A DNA stretch of 45,761 nucleotides, taken from the IMG/VR virus record IMGVR_UViG_3300043406_000043, positions 1 to 45,761 of that record. The stretch is one strand, 5' to 3'. The DNA is from a virus. Lineage: Duplodnaviria; Caudoviricetes. The translations under genes were made by a program, and so were the position numbers. The notes beneath the pieces were generated by a model, which was not told where the DNA came from, did not search any database, and saw only the letters and a program-made list of their open reading frames with translations. Positions 17,416-25,629 of the stretch are shown piece after piece (the stretch's first letter is position 1; each line of letters begins with the position of its first letter).

Positions 17416-17657
17416 TGGTCGTCCCCTTTCGCGCCATGTCGTCCACGTCGGCGCTGATTCATCAGGCGTATGACCCCGCGAACGATGCGGCGGTGGAGAT
17501 GGGCCGCGCCCGCTGCCGCCTGCGGGAACTGGGGACCGGCACCGACGACGCGCTCGAGGCGTGGCGGATCGTGCGCCTGCTGGAAGCAGAGATTCAGGAA
17601 CTCTTAAAGACACGCGCCCTCGTGGAACAACGCAACCACCAACTAGAAGGACGGTAA
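17412..17657 (+). CDS. Hypothetical coiled-coil protein
   Basis: Coupled ORF in the early operon. Confidence 0.55.
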   Translation: MMVVPFRAMSSTSALIHQAYDPANDAAVEMGRARCRLRELGTGTDDALEAWRIVRLLEAEIQELLKTRALVEQRNHQLEGR

Positions 17658-18164
17658 ATGGCTATCTACGCGCGGAAACCGCCGAGCACGTTCACGCCCT
17701 GCCCTGAAGGACTCCATCACGCGGTCTGTGTCGATGTCGTAGACATGGGCGTCGTGACGGGCGCCTTTGGGGATAAGCACAAGATCCGCATCGTCTGGCA
17801 GATCGAGGAGGAGAACGACAAGCAGCGGCGGTATACCGCCCGCAAGCAGTACAACCTCTCCCTCCACGAGAAGGCCACGCTCCGCAAAGACCTCGAGGCG
17901 TGGCGCGGCGTGAAGTTCACCGAGGAGCAGTTGCAGGGGTTCGACCTCGAGAAGTTGATCGGCGCGAACTGTCAGATTCAGGTCGTTCACGACCTTGGCG
18001 ACGATGGCACGACGTACTCCAACGTGCAGGCGGTGGTGCCGGCGCCGAAGAACGTGGCGAAGCTCGCCCCGCTCGACTACACGCGGGAGATTGACCGCCC
18101 GAAGGAGCACGGTAACGGCCACAGCAACGGCGGCATGGTGGGGGTGGACGATGTCCCCTTCTGA
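17658..18164 (+). CDS. Single-stranded DNA-binding-like protein
   Basis: OB-fold-like conserved phage family (SLHEKATLRKDLEAWRG) with an acidic DDVPF C-terminal tail. Confidence 0.7.
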   Translation: MAIYARKPPSTFTPCPEGLHHAVCVDVVDMGVVTGAFGDKHKIRIVWQIEEENDKQRRYTARKQYNLSLHEKATLRKDLEAWRGVKFTEEQLQGFDLEKLIGANCQIQVVHDLGDDGTTYSNVQAVVPAPKNVAKLAPLDYTREIDRPKEHGNGHSNGGMVGVDDVPF

Positions 18165-19029
18165 TCTGTCGAAGTCGGCCATGTTCGATATGGCTGTCGC
18201 GGAAGGTGTGGAGCGGGCCGATCGGGTGGCGATGGGCGAGAAGAAGAAGCCCGTCCGCAAGGATGGCGCGTCGGGACGGTTTTATGAGATCGACGGCGAA
18301 TCCTATCCGAGCGTGACGCATATCCTCGGCTGCATCGGCAAGCCCGCCCTGATCAACTGGGCCGCGAACCAGGAGCGGACGCTCGTCATGGAGGCGTCGG
18401 CGGATCTCTACGAGGACGTGTCGAAACTGCCGAAGCCCATGTCCCGGCCGTCCTACATCACCACGCTCCAGGGGCGTATCGGGAAGACGAAGGCGCACCA
18501 GAAGGAACTCGCGAAGGCGGGGGAGGTCGGGACGCAGGTGCATCACCTGATCGAGTGGAACCTGCGGAAAGCTCTTGGGCAGACGGTTGGGGCCGAGCCG
18601 CGGGTCGTGGACGACGCACAGTGGGCGTTCATGGCGTTTCAGGACTGGGCGCAGTCGGTGTCGCTGAAACCGCGCTATATCGAGCAGACGGTCTACAGCC
18701 GCACGCACGGCTACGCCGGCACGATGGACCTCCTGGCCGACGTGAACGGGGCGCTGACGCTGATCGACTTCAAGACGGGGAAGGCCATCTACGCCGAGGC
18801 GCACCTCCAGAACATCGCGTACCAAGCCGCGCTGATCGAGATGGGGCACAGCGCCCCAGTGGGCGGGCTGATCGTGCGGCTCCCGAAGGTGCAGACCGAC
18901 CCAGCGTTCGAGGTGGCCGAGGTGCCGCCCGTGGACGAGTTGTTGCCGACCTTCTTGGCGGTCAAGGCCGTCTGGAAGTGGTGGTTCGCGCAGGAAGAGG
19001 CGTACCGCGCCAAGCGAGCGGCGGCGTAA
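18151..19029 (+). CDS. PD-(D/E)XK exonuclease (Cas4/RecB-like)
   Basis: YPSVTHIL, GTQVH, E..V, YAGTMD, IDFKTG and LQ..AY motifs. Confidence 0.85.
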   Translation: MSPSDLSKSAMFDMAVAEGVERADRVAMGEKKKPVRKDGASGRFYEIDGESYPSVTHILGCIGKPALINWAANQERTLVMEASADLYEDVSKLPKPMSRPSYITTLQGRIGKTKAHQKELAKAGEVGTQVHHLIEWNLRKALGQTVGAEPRVVDDAQWAFMAFQDWAQSVSLKPRYIEQTVYSRTHGYAGTMDLLADVNGALTLIDFKTGKAIYAEAHLQNIAYQAALIEMGHSAPVGGLIVRLPKVQTDPAFEVAEVPPVDELLPTFLAVKAVWKWWFAQEEAYRAKRAAA

Positions 19030-19259
19030 TGCCTACCGTTATCGCTGAAGGCATCAAGTTGCGTACGTATGCCAACCCTACCGGCCTCGCCGTGGCCGTA
19101 TCGAACCTCCCAGACGTGACTGGGACGGCGTGGGAACGGCACGCGAAACTCCGCGCGCTGGCGTGTGCGGCCATCACGCAGGCGTTCCCGCAGTTCGTGA
19201 TCGTCGGCACGGCGGCGACGAGTGACCACAGCCTGATTGTCTCGGTGGAGCGGCTATGA
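19029..19259 (+). CDS. Hypothetical protein
   Basis: TAATG coupling; 76 aa. Confidence 0.5.
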   Translation: MPTVIAEGIKLRTYANPTGLAVAVSNLPDVTGTAWERHAKLRALACAAITQAFPQFVIVGTAATSDHSLIVSVERL

Positions 19260-19471
19260 AGAAATTCATCGTCAAGGCGCGGTCGCGGATCGTGAGGGGC
19301 ATCAAGGCTGACTTGTATTGCTCGTGTGGTGCGGAGTGGCATGGTCAGTACGCGATGCCCGATCTGAACCCAATAATCGAGAGTCACAAGAACCGGGACT
19401 GGTGCTCCTTCATCACGAAGGACTCGTTTGAGGCGTTGTTCGGCGTCAGGCGAGGGAGGAATCGTAAGTGA
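19256..19471 (+). CDS. Hypothetical protein (CxC motif)
   Basis: ATGA overlap. Confidence 0.5.
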   Translation: MKKFIVKARSRIVRGIKADLYCSCGAEWHGQYAMPDLNPIIESHKNRDWCSFITKDSFEALFGVRRGRNRK

Positions 19472-19559
19472 AGACTCCAGGGCATTCCCGTAGGGGGCCT
19501 GAGAAGCCGTGTAGACCGAGCGGTGGAGTAATCGGTCGCTTTATTACAGGACGTGTCCT

Positions 19560-19742
19560 ATGACCGACCGCCTCCAAGCCGTCGATGCCCTCTTGGCCCT
19601 CAAGGATGACGCCACGCTGCCCCGCCGAGGCTCCAGATTGGTGCAGGAAGGCCGACCGGGGCGCCATGCACGGATTCCCCTGCTAGTGCAGGCGTTCCTC
19701 GCCCAGGTGGCGGTGGCGCGGCAGAACGAGAAGTTGGCATGA
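19560..19742 (+). CDS. Hypothetical protein
   Basis: Coupled to the downstream gene by ATGA. Confidence 0.45.
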   Translation: MTDRLQAVDALLALKDDATLPRRGSRLVQEGRPGRHARIPLLVQAFLAQVAVARQNEKLA

Positions 19743-20560
19743 GTAATCCGTTCCTGATCGAGGGGCCGGCGGTGATTTCGTTCTCCGGTGGGAGGACGAG
19801 CGGCTACATGCTGCGGCGGATTCTTGATGCGGGGTTGAGGCCGGATGTGCATGTGTTGTTTGCCAATACAGGGAAGGAGCGTGAGGAGACGCTGACGTTC
19901 GTGCACGAGATCGAGACGCGGTGGGACGTGCTGGTGCGCTGGCTGGAGTATCGGCGCATGGTGCTGGCGAACGACACATCGGCGGCGTACTTTGAGGAAG
20001 TCACCTACCACACGGCCTCTAGAGATGGAGAGCCGTTCGATGCCTTACTGAACGAGCGGTCATCCCTCCCGAACCCAGCGCAGCGGTGGTGTACGCAGGA
20101 ACTCAAGATCCGGTTGTTCCGAGACTTCATGCGCGGACAGGGCCACGAGCACTGGGACTCCATCGTTGGAATCCGTGCCGATGAATTCTCGCGCGTGGCA
20201 AACATGCGCGAAGCAGATCAACAGAGGAAGGAACGCTGGTCGATTGCCCTCCCGCTCGCAGATGCGGGCATCACCAAGGCCGACGTGATGGCGTTCTGGA
20301 AGATACAACCGTTCGATCTGCGACTGAGGCCCTACGAGGGGAACTGTGACATCTGCTTCTTAAAGCACGTCAACAAGCGCGAGCGGTTGGCGAAAGACCG
20401 ACCCGATCTATTGCGGTGGTGGGTCGGGCATGAAGCGCGCACCGGCCAGTTCTTTCGGAAGGACGAACCGGAGTACGCCATCCTGCCGAAGATCGGGAAC
20501 CTGTTTGACGACATCGATCTGGATGGACCCGATGCGACGGAGTGCTTTTGCCATGACTAA
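19739..20560 (+). CDS. PAPS-reductase-family (PP-loop) protein
   Basis: SFSGGRTS PP-loop, FANTGKE, RWCTQELK, GIRADE, GNCDICFLK and terminal ECFCHD. Confidence 0.85.
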   Translation: MSNPFLIEGPAVISFSGGRTSGYMLRRILDAGLRPDVHVLFANTGKEREETLTFVHEIETRWDVLVRWLEYRRMVLANDTSAAYFEEVTYHTASRDGEPFDALLNERSSLPNPAQRWCTQELKIRLFRDFMRGQGHEHWDSIVGIRADEFSRVANMREADQQRKERWSIALPLADAGITKADVMAFWKIQPFDLRLRPYEGNCDICFLKHVNKRERLAKDRPDLLRWWVGHEARTGQFFRKDEPEYAILPKIGNLFDDIDLDGPDATECFCHD

Positions 20561-21233
20561 CGCCCGCCGGCTCCTCGTGGTGGGGTGGCTCCTGCTCGCC
20601 GCGCCAGTCTCGGCGGCCTCCATCACGGCCCCGTTGATCGACTACATCACGATCACCGACCTGAAGACCGTCCTGGCCCTCTACGGCCCCTTAGTCTGGC
20701 GGGCGGATGGGGACATGCAGGCGCTGGCGTTCTTCGATGAGGAACCGGGCCACGGGGCCACGGTGCGGCATCCCAGCGATGTCTTGGAGATGGCGGAAGG
20801 CCTGGACTGGACGACGGCGACGTTGACGTGGGAGGTCGCGCGGCACTTTACCTGCGGCCGGTGGCAACTCGATTTTGAGATGTATCCGCTGGACGGCTCG
20901 ACGCTGAAGTCGTTGCTGATCGATACCGAGGTGGCGTGCTTCCCCTCGCATGGCGAGATTCGCGTCGTGGTGGTGGAGCCGCCCTGTCTCGTCAACTGTG
21001 GTCCTCCGTGCCCTGACTGCACGCCCGTGGTGCGGTGTGTTGGCGACTGCGAACCGGTGACGGTGTGCGTGCTGAGCTGCGAGCCGGTCTGCGCGGTGAA
21101 CTGTGAGCCGGTGTGTCTGACGTGCCGGCCGACACCGTTCTGTGAGGGCGACTGTACGCCGGTGCCGGAGCCGACCACGTTAGGGCTGGTGGGGCTCGGG
21201 CTGTTGATGGTGGCGCGGAAGGGGCGGCGATGA
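20553..21233 (+). CDS. PEP-CTERM sorting-domain surface protein with Cys-rich repeats
   Basis: Signal peptide (MTNARRLLVVGWLLLAAPVSA); C-terminus VPEPTTLGLVGLGLLMVARKGRR. Confidence 0.85.
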   Translation: MTNARRLLVVGWLLLAAPVSAASITAPLIDYITITDLKTVLALYGPLVWRADGDMQALAFFDEEPGHGATVRHPSDVLEMAEGLDWTTATLTWEVARHFTCGRWQLDFEMYPLDGSTLKSLLIDTEVACFPSHGEIRVVVVEPPCLVNCGPPCPDCTPVVRCVGDCEPVTVCVLSCEPVCAVNCEPVCLTCRPTPFCEGDCTPVPEPTTLGLVGLGLLMVARKGRR

Positions 21234-21919
21234 GGCCGTATTACGAGGACGAGTCGGTGACGATCTATCACGGGGACTGCCGAGAGATTGCGCTGCCGCG
21301 CGGATTGATGGTGACGGACCCGCCCTACAACGTCGGCTATCACTATGACGAGTACAAAGACTCAATGCCCGATGCCGAGTATTGGGCCTTCCTCGGTGGC
21401 GTGTTACGGATGCCGCTGGTGTTCCTGCACTACCCGGAGGCGTTGTTCTCGGTGGCGCGGCTATTTCATCGCGTGCCCGATGAAGTCGTGGCGTGGGTCT
21501 ACCACGCGAACACCCCGAAACAGTGGCGGGCGCTCGGCTGGTTTGGCGTCACACCTGATTTCTCGAAGGATGGGCAGTCCTACCAGAACCCCAACGACCG
21601 CAGAGTAGCGCAACTGATAGGGGCCGGGAAGAAGGCGCGGTTGTATGACTGGTGGCAGATCGAGCAAGTCAAGAACGTCAGCGGAGAAAAGACCGAGCAC
21701 CCTTGCCAGATTCCCACGGCGCTGATGGTGCGCGCGTTGCGAGTGACGCCATTCGATGGCCCCGTAGTGGATCCCTTTGCAGGTTCCGGCACGACGCTCC
21801 TCGCCGCGAAGGAACTTGGACGCACGGCGATCGGTGTGGAGCGCAGCGAACGCTATTGCGAGATTGCCGCGAAGCGATTATCTCAAGGTTCCTTGTTTGC
21901 GGCGGCGGTGAACCAGTGA
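21230..21919 (+). CDS. DNA N6-adenine/N4-cytosine methyltransferase (beta class)
   Basis: TDPPY precedes HPCQIP and DPFAGSGTT. Confidence 0.9.
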   Translation: MRPYYEDESVTIYHGDCREIALPRGLMVTDPPYNVGYHYDEYKDSMPDAEYWAFLGGVLRMPLVFLHYPEALFSVARLFHRVPDEVVAWVYHANTPKQWRALGWFGVTPDFSKDGQSYQNPNDRRVAQLIGAGKKARLYDWWQIEQVKNVSGEKTEHPCQIPTALMVRALRVTPFDGPVVDPFAGSGTTLLAAKELGRTAIGVERSERYCEIAAKRLSQGSLFAAAVNQ

Positions 21920-22221
21920 GCCAACCATCCTTATTCCCTCCCGTCCCCGTCGTCCCCGTGACGCCCGTGGAGCGGTTCGATGGGGAGACCTTTGATCCGG
22001 TACGGGATGCCGCACGGCTCACGGCGCAACTAGATGCGGTGCGGGAACTCATGAAGGACGGGCAGTGGCGCACGTTGCAGCAGATTGCGGCGGCGGTGGG
22101 TGCCCCAGAAGCCTCGGTGTCGGCAAGGTTGCGTGATCTGCGGAAGGAACGATTCGGGGCGTGGACCGTCGAGCGGCAGCATGTCGGCGGTGGATTGTTT
22201 CACTACAAGGTGTCGCAGTGA
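21916..22221 (+). CDS. Winged-HTH protein
   Basis: WRTLQQIAAAVGAPEASVSARLRDLRK. Confidence 0.7.
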   Translation: MSQPSLFPPVPVVPVTPVERFDGETFDPVRDAARLTAQLDAVRELMKDGQWRTLQQIAAAVGAPEASVSARLRDLRKERFGAWTVERQHVGGGLFHYKVSQ

Positions 22222-22248
22222 TTTTCGGAGGGAAAGACGGCCGAGGTG

Positions 22249-22615
22249 TGCTACGATTGGGGCACGTCGTAGCTGTTGATCGCAGCCACGACGCCTTCAA
22301 CTCCGTAGAGGCGGAGAGAAGTTGCCCCAACCGGGGAAACTTTATCTTACCAGACCTCTTAGCGGCCACGTTGACGGATTCGTTGATTCGCGCTAGCCGT
22401 CGCGTCGTACGGCTCACGCTCGGGGCCACGCACTGTGTGATCGCCGTTCGGCACCGCTCGCAGCCGGTTGTTTAAGGCGAGCACTTAAAGGGGAAGCGCG
22501 TCTTTTCCGCCGGGACTTGTTGACGCCCCCGACCTGATGCCGTCGTTGAGGCTCGGGATCTTGGTTCCTTCTCGGTGCGCCTTTCAAGCGCATCAGGGAA
22601 AGAACAAGTCCCGGC
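22249..22615 (+). ncRNA. Candidate structured RNA/leader upstream of the replication gene
   Basis: TGcTACGAT extended -10 at 22249-22257. Hairpins at 22265-22293, 22301-22316 and 22325-22336. Perfect 13-bp stem 22509-22521/22603-22615 encloses further helices. Confidence 0.45.
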
Positions 22616-22632
22616 CTATGGAGAATCTGAAA

Positions 22633-22947
22633 ATGGAAGACTTCGAGACCTTCTGGGCCGCGTATCCGAAGAAGCGCAAGAAGTTAGACGCCTTGAAGGC
22701 GTGGCAACGGCTCCGTCCAACCTCCGACCTCATGGCCGACATCTTGACGGCGTTGGAGTGGCAGTGCCGGTCGGAGGATTGGACGAAGGAGTGCGGTCAA
22801 TATGTGCCGCTTCCGGCGACGTGGCTCAGGGCGGGCCAGTGGATGGACGAGCCCGAGGTACAGGTGGCGCCGGCCCTGCCGACCAATAAGCGTATTGCTG
22901 GCCTTATCGCGGGCGGGCAGGCGTTTCTCAATCGGGCGCGTGGATGA
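22633..22947 (+). CDS. Replication initiator, C-terminal domain only
   Basis: FETFWAAYPKKRKK..A.KAW...YVPLPATWL...W.DE motif; SD ggag at 22620; no N-terminal HTH. Confidence 0.7.
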   Translation: MEDFETFWAAYPKKRKKLDALKAWQRLRPTSDLMADILTALEWQCRSEDWTKECGQYVPLPATWLRAGQWMDEPEVQVAPALPTNKRIAGLIAGGQAFLNRARG

Positions 22948-23417
22948 CACTTGCCCTCGTCCCGAAACCACCGACCGACGCGGAGTTCATTGCGGTGTTT
23001 AACCGCCTGTGTGTGGCACTTCGTGAACCCCAGGACGACACCGGCATCACGCAGGGCGTGTACTTCGATGCGTTGAAGGATTTACCCCTCGATGTGCTGA
23101 CCGAGGGCGCGGCGGCGTTGTCGAGAGAGTCCGGTCGGAAGTTTTTCCCGACCACGGCGGAATGGCGCACCGCGGCGACGTATGCGCGCTCGGAAGCCAT
23201 GCGGAAATCCGTGGCCACGTCTGACGAGCGCGGCCCGTGGGTGAACGAATGTCACAGTTGCGAGGATACCGGATGGATTCTCGGCCTGACCTGCACGGGG
23301 CAGGAAGTCGCGTCGTCGTGTGGGCGGATGCGGAAGCACGCGGCGCACGATTACACGATGCCGTGCCCCTGCCGGCCGACCAACCGCACGTATCGGCGTC
23401 ATCACGGGCTGCCATGA
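22944..23417 (+). CDS. Helicase loader/inhibitor-like protein with C-terminal Zn finger
   Basis: YFDALKDLP...KFFPTTAEW pattern directly after the initiator; CHSC...CPC. Confidence 0.55.
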   Translation: MTLALVPKPPTDAEFIAVFNRLCVALREPQDDTGITQGVYFDALKDLPLDVLTEGAAALSRESGRKFFPTTAEWRTAATYARSEAMRKSVATSDERGPWVNECHSCEDTGWILGLTCTGQEVASSCGRMRKHAAHDYTMPCPCRPTNRTYRRHHGLP

Positions 23418-23451
23418 GCGGGCCGATGAGGACGCCCCCGAGGGAGCCGCC

Positions 23452-23826
23452 ATGCTGAGATCCTTGCACGATGAATCGGCGCCGTACGTCGTGAATTGGC
23501 ACGGCGGGATGCACCACTACGTGGAGTATGTCGGCCCGCCGAAGGTGGAGATTCCCGCGGACCTCCTGTTCCCGCCGGCCCTCACCCCGCAGGAGCGCAA
23601 GCGGGCCAACCGCCTGAAGGTGGAGCGCCGGCAGGAACTCCGCGTCCTGAAGGGCCTGACGCACGACTGGCAACTCGTGGCCTGGGTGGCGATTCGGTCG
23701 GGGTGCTGTCTACCGACCACCAAGAAAAGCCTCGAGCGGTTGGCCGCACGGGGACAGGTCGCCCAGCGAGTGGGGAAGGCGGCGAGTAACGGGAAACTGG
23801 CCGCGTGGTACCGGAGGACGGCGTGA
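23452..23826 (+). CDS. Hypothetical wHTH-like protein
   Basis: SD gggag; TTKKSLERLAARGQV. Confidence 0.5.
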   Translation: MLRSLHDESAPYVVNWHGGMHHYVEYVGPPKVEIPADLLFPPALTPQERKRANRLKVERRQELRVLKGLTHDWQLVAWVAIRSGCCLPTTKKSLERLAARGQVAQRVGKAASNGKLAAWYRRTA

Positions 23827-24158
23827 GTCAGAGCGGCTACGAGCGGAACCTTGAGATCCAGATGAAGGCCGTTAAACTCCCGGCGCCGAAGACGCAATAT
23901 CGGTTTGCCACGCCGCGGCGGTGGACGTTCGACTTCTGCTGGCCGGATCGGCGGATCGCGCTCGAGGTCGAAGGCGGCATTTGGACGAAGGGCCGACACA
24001 CGAGGGGCGTGGGCTACGAGAAGGACTGCGAGAAGTACAACGAGGCCGCGCTGCGAGGCTTCGCGGTGCTGCGGGTGACGACGGGCATGGTCAAGGATGG
24101 GCGGGCGCTCCAAGTGGTCGAGCGGGCCATCCAGGCGTCCACAGGTACGGCCCAATGA
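23823..24158 (+). CDS. DUF559/Vsr-like endonuclease (putative resolvase)
   Basis: YRF...RRWTFDFCWP..IALEVEGG...GRH.RG.GY.KDCEKYN. Confidence 0.8.
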   Translation: MSQSGYERNLEIQMKAVKLPAPKTQYRFATPRRWTFDFCWPDRRIALEVEGGIWTKGRHTRGVGYEKDCEKYNEAALRGFAVLRVTTGMVKDGRALQVVERAIQASTGTAQ

Positions 24159-24331
24159 ATCCCCACCGCCCTCTCACGGACGAGGAACGCCGCCAGTCCG
24201 AGTATTCCCACTTGCAGATGGACACCCCGCCGAAGATCTATCAGCGGACGTGGTTCGGCTGGCTGGTGGGTATTGCACTGTTAGTGGCGGGCCTGGTGAT
24301 GAACTTTCTGGTGTCGAGGGGGAGCCGATGA
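24155..24331 (+). CDS. Small membrane protein
   Basis: C-terminal TM WFGWLVGIALLVAGLVMNFLV; ATGA overlaps. Confidence 0.55.
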   Translation: MNPHRPLTDEERRQSEYSHLQMDTPPKIYQRTWFGWLVGIALLVAGLVMNFLVSRGSR

Positions 24332-24525
24332 CGCGGTTGAACATTGTGGCGCGGGCGAAGACGATCTGGGGCGACGAGGCCCACGTCATGGAGGTGTCCC
24401 CGGCCTACGAGGACCGGGTGTGGTGGGTGACGCGCCCCCATGAGACACGCGTGCATCTCCTCAGTGAGCACGGCGCGGTGCTCTGCCGACACAAAAACTG
24501 CCAGCGGGATCGGGGGCGCCGATGA
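24328..24525 (+). CDS. Hypothetical protein
   Basis: SD ggag; ATGA coupling. Confidence 0.5.
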   Translation: MTRLNIVARAKTIWGDEAHVMEVSPAYEDRVWWVTRPHETRVHLLSEHGAVLCRHKNCQRDRGRR

Positions 24526-25040
24526 GTGACACGGACGTGCAACAGTTCGCACCGCAACTTGATGGGGAAATTCACGCGTACGACGAAATATTGTCGCCGG
24601 CGGTGATTACGCGAATCTATGCCCTAGAGGTTCAGCTCGCCACCCTCCGCACCGAGCAGGAGGCCATGCAGCGGGATGGGCCACCGGGATTGTGGAAGTG
24701 TCATGCGTGCGGATTTCAACTTACCAAGGCGTTCATGCGAGCTTCAGATGGAGCCGTGGGTGTGGATCGTCGGCCCGTCGAGGACATTTGCCCAAATGAT
24801 GGCATGTCGCTGCGTCCTGTCACATGGAAGGAAGCGTGTGACAACGCCGGAGACATGGCTGTCCTTCAGATGGAGCGGGCGACTGCCGCCGAGGCCCAGT
24901 GCGCCACCCTGCGGCAGGCGCTGGAACAAATCGTTGACGAACGAGCTACGGGGCTGGTATGGGCATACAAACTCCGCGAGGTAGCCAAAGCCGCCCTCGC
25001 CACGCCCCCAGCGGGCCAGCAGGAGACGCCGCAGCCATGA
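24522..25040 (+). CDS. Hypothetical coiled-coil/Zn-ribbon protein
   Basis: WKCHACGF...CPNDG. Confidence 0.6.
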   Translation: MSDTDVQQFAPQLDGEIHAYDEILSPAVITRIYALEVQLATLRTEQEAMQRDGPPGLWKCHACGFQLTKAFMRASDGAVGVDRRPVEDICPNDGMSLRPVTWKEACDNAGDMAVLQMERATAAEAQCATLRQALEQIVDERATGLVWAYKLREVAKAALATPPAGQQETPQP

Positions 25041-25324
25041 GCGACTACACGAAGTTTCTTCTCTGCCTTGGAGCCATTCTGTTCGCCTGCGGTCTAATTT
25101 CGTGGCGGAAGGCTCCACCTACCCGGAAGCCATTCCGCGGGATTTGGCTCAAAACGCCGTCCCTCCAAGCGGGTTCATATGTGTGGGCCACCTTCGATGA
25201 GCACGACAAGATCGTACTTGTGACCTACGAGCAGGCAGGCACCGAACCAGTCGAGTATGGCGTGATTAACGACTGGGGCTACACGACGGAACAGGCCCCT
25301 CCCCAGACGGAGCGGGAGCCCTGA
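25037..25324 (+). CDS. Membrane-anchored hypothetical protein
   Basis: N-terminal TM FLLCLGAILFACGLISW. Confidence 0.5.
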   Translation: MSDYTKFLLCLGAILFACGLISWRKAPPTRKPFRGIWLKTPSLQAGSYVWATFDEHDKIVLVTYEQAGTEPVEYGVINDWGYTTEQAPPQTEREP

Positions 25325-25527
25325 TGGCGAATCCCCTCCGAGACGCCGAGGCCCTGATCGCCAAGTGTCGCGCGGAGATGCGGGCCTCGGTCCGCCTACT
25401 CAGGGCCGCACGGCGTCGGGTGGGGCTGTGCATCGCGTGTGGGAAACCCGCCCAGACGTATGCGCGCTGTCTGTCCTGCCGGGAGAAGGCGCGGAAGGTG
25501 GCCGAGCGATTACGGCGATCGGCGTAG
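25324..25527 (+). CDS. Basic zinc-finger protein
   Basis: GLCIACG...CLSC; last early gene before an AT-richer intergenic region. Confidence 0.55.
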   Translation: MANPLRDAEALIAKCRAEMRASVRLLRAARRRVGLCIACGKPAQTYARCLSCREKARKVAERLRRSA

Positions 25528-25629
25528 TCCATTACGTAAAATACCGTAGTGTGACACGCGAACAGTACGTACACCCCGCTGCAATTCTCCCCACCTATGG
25601 CACCCTAGCAGGAGACTCCCCGCTCCTGC

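Noticed and set aside
18151-19029. Cas4-like nuclease as part of a CRISPR system
   Set aside because: No repeat-spacer array or other cas genes were seen, and it lacks the Fe-S cysteines. It sits beside an SSB-like gene as a recombination exonuclease.
22533-22602. Hammerhead ribozyme (ctgatg...gaaa)
   Set aside because: The core reads CUGAUGC rather than CUGANGA, and the helices do not fit hammerhead topology.
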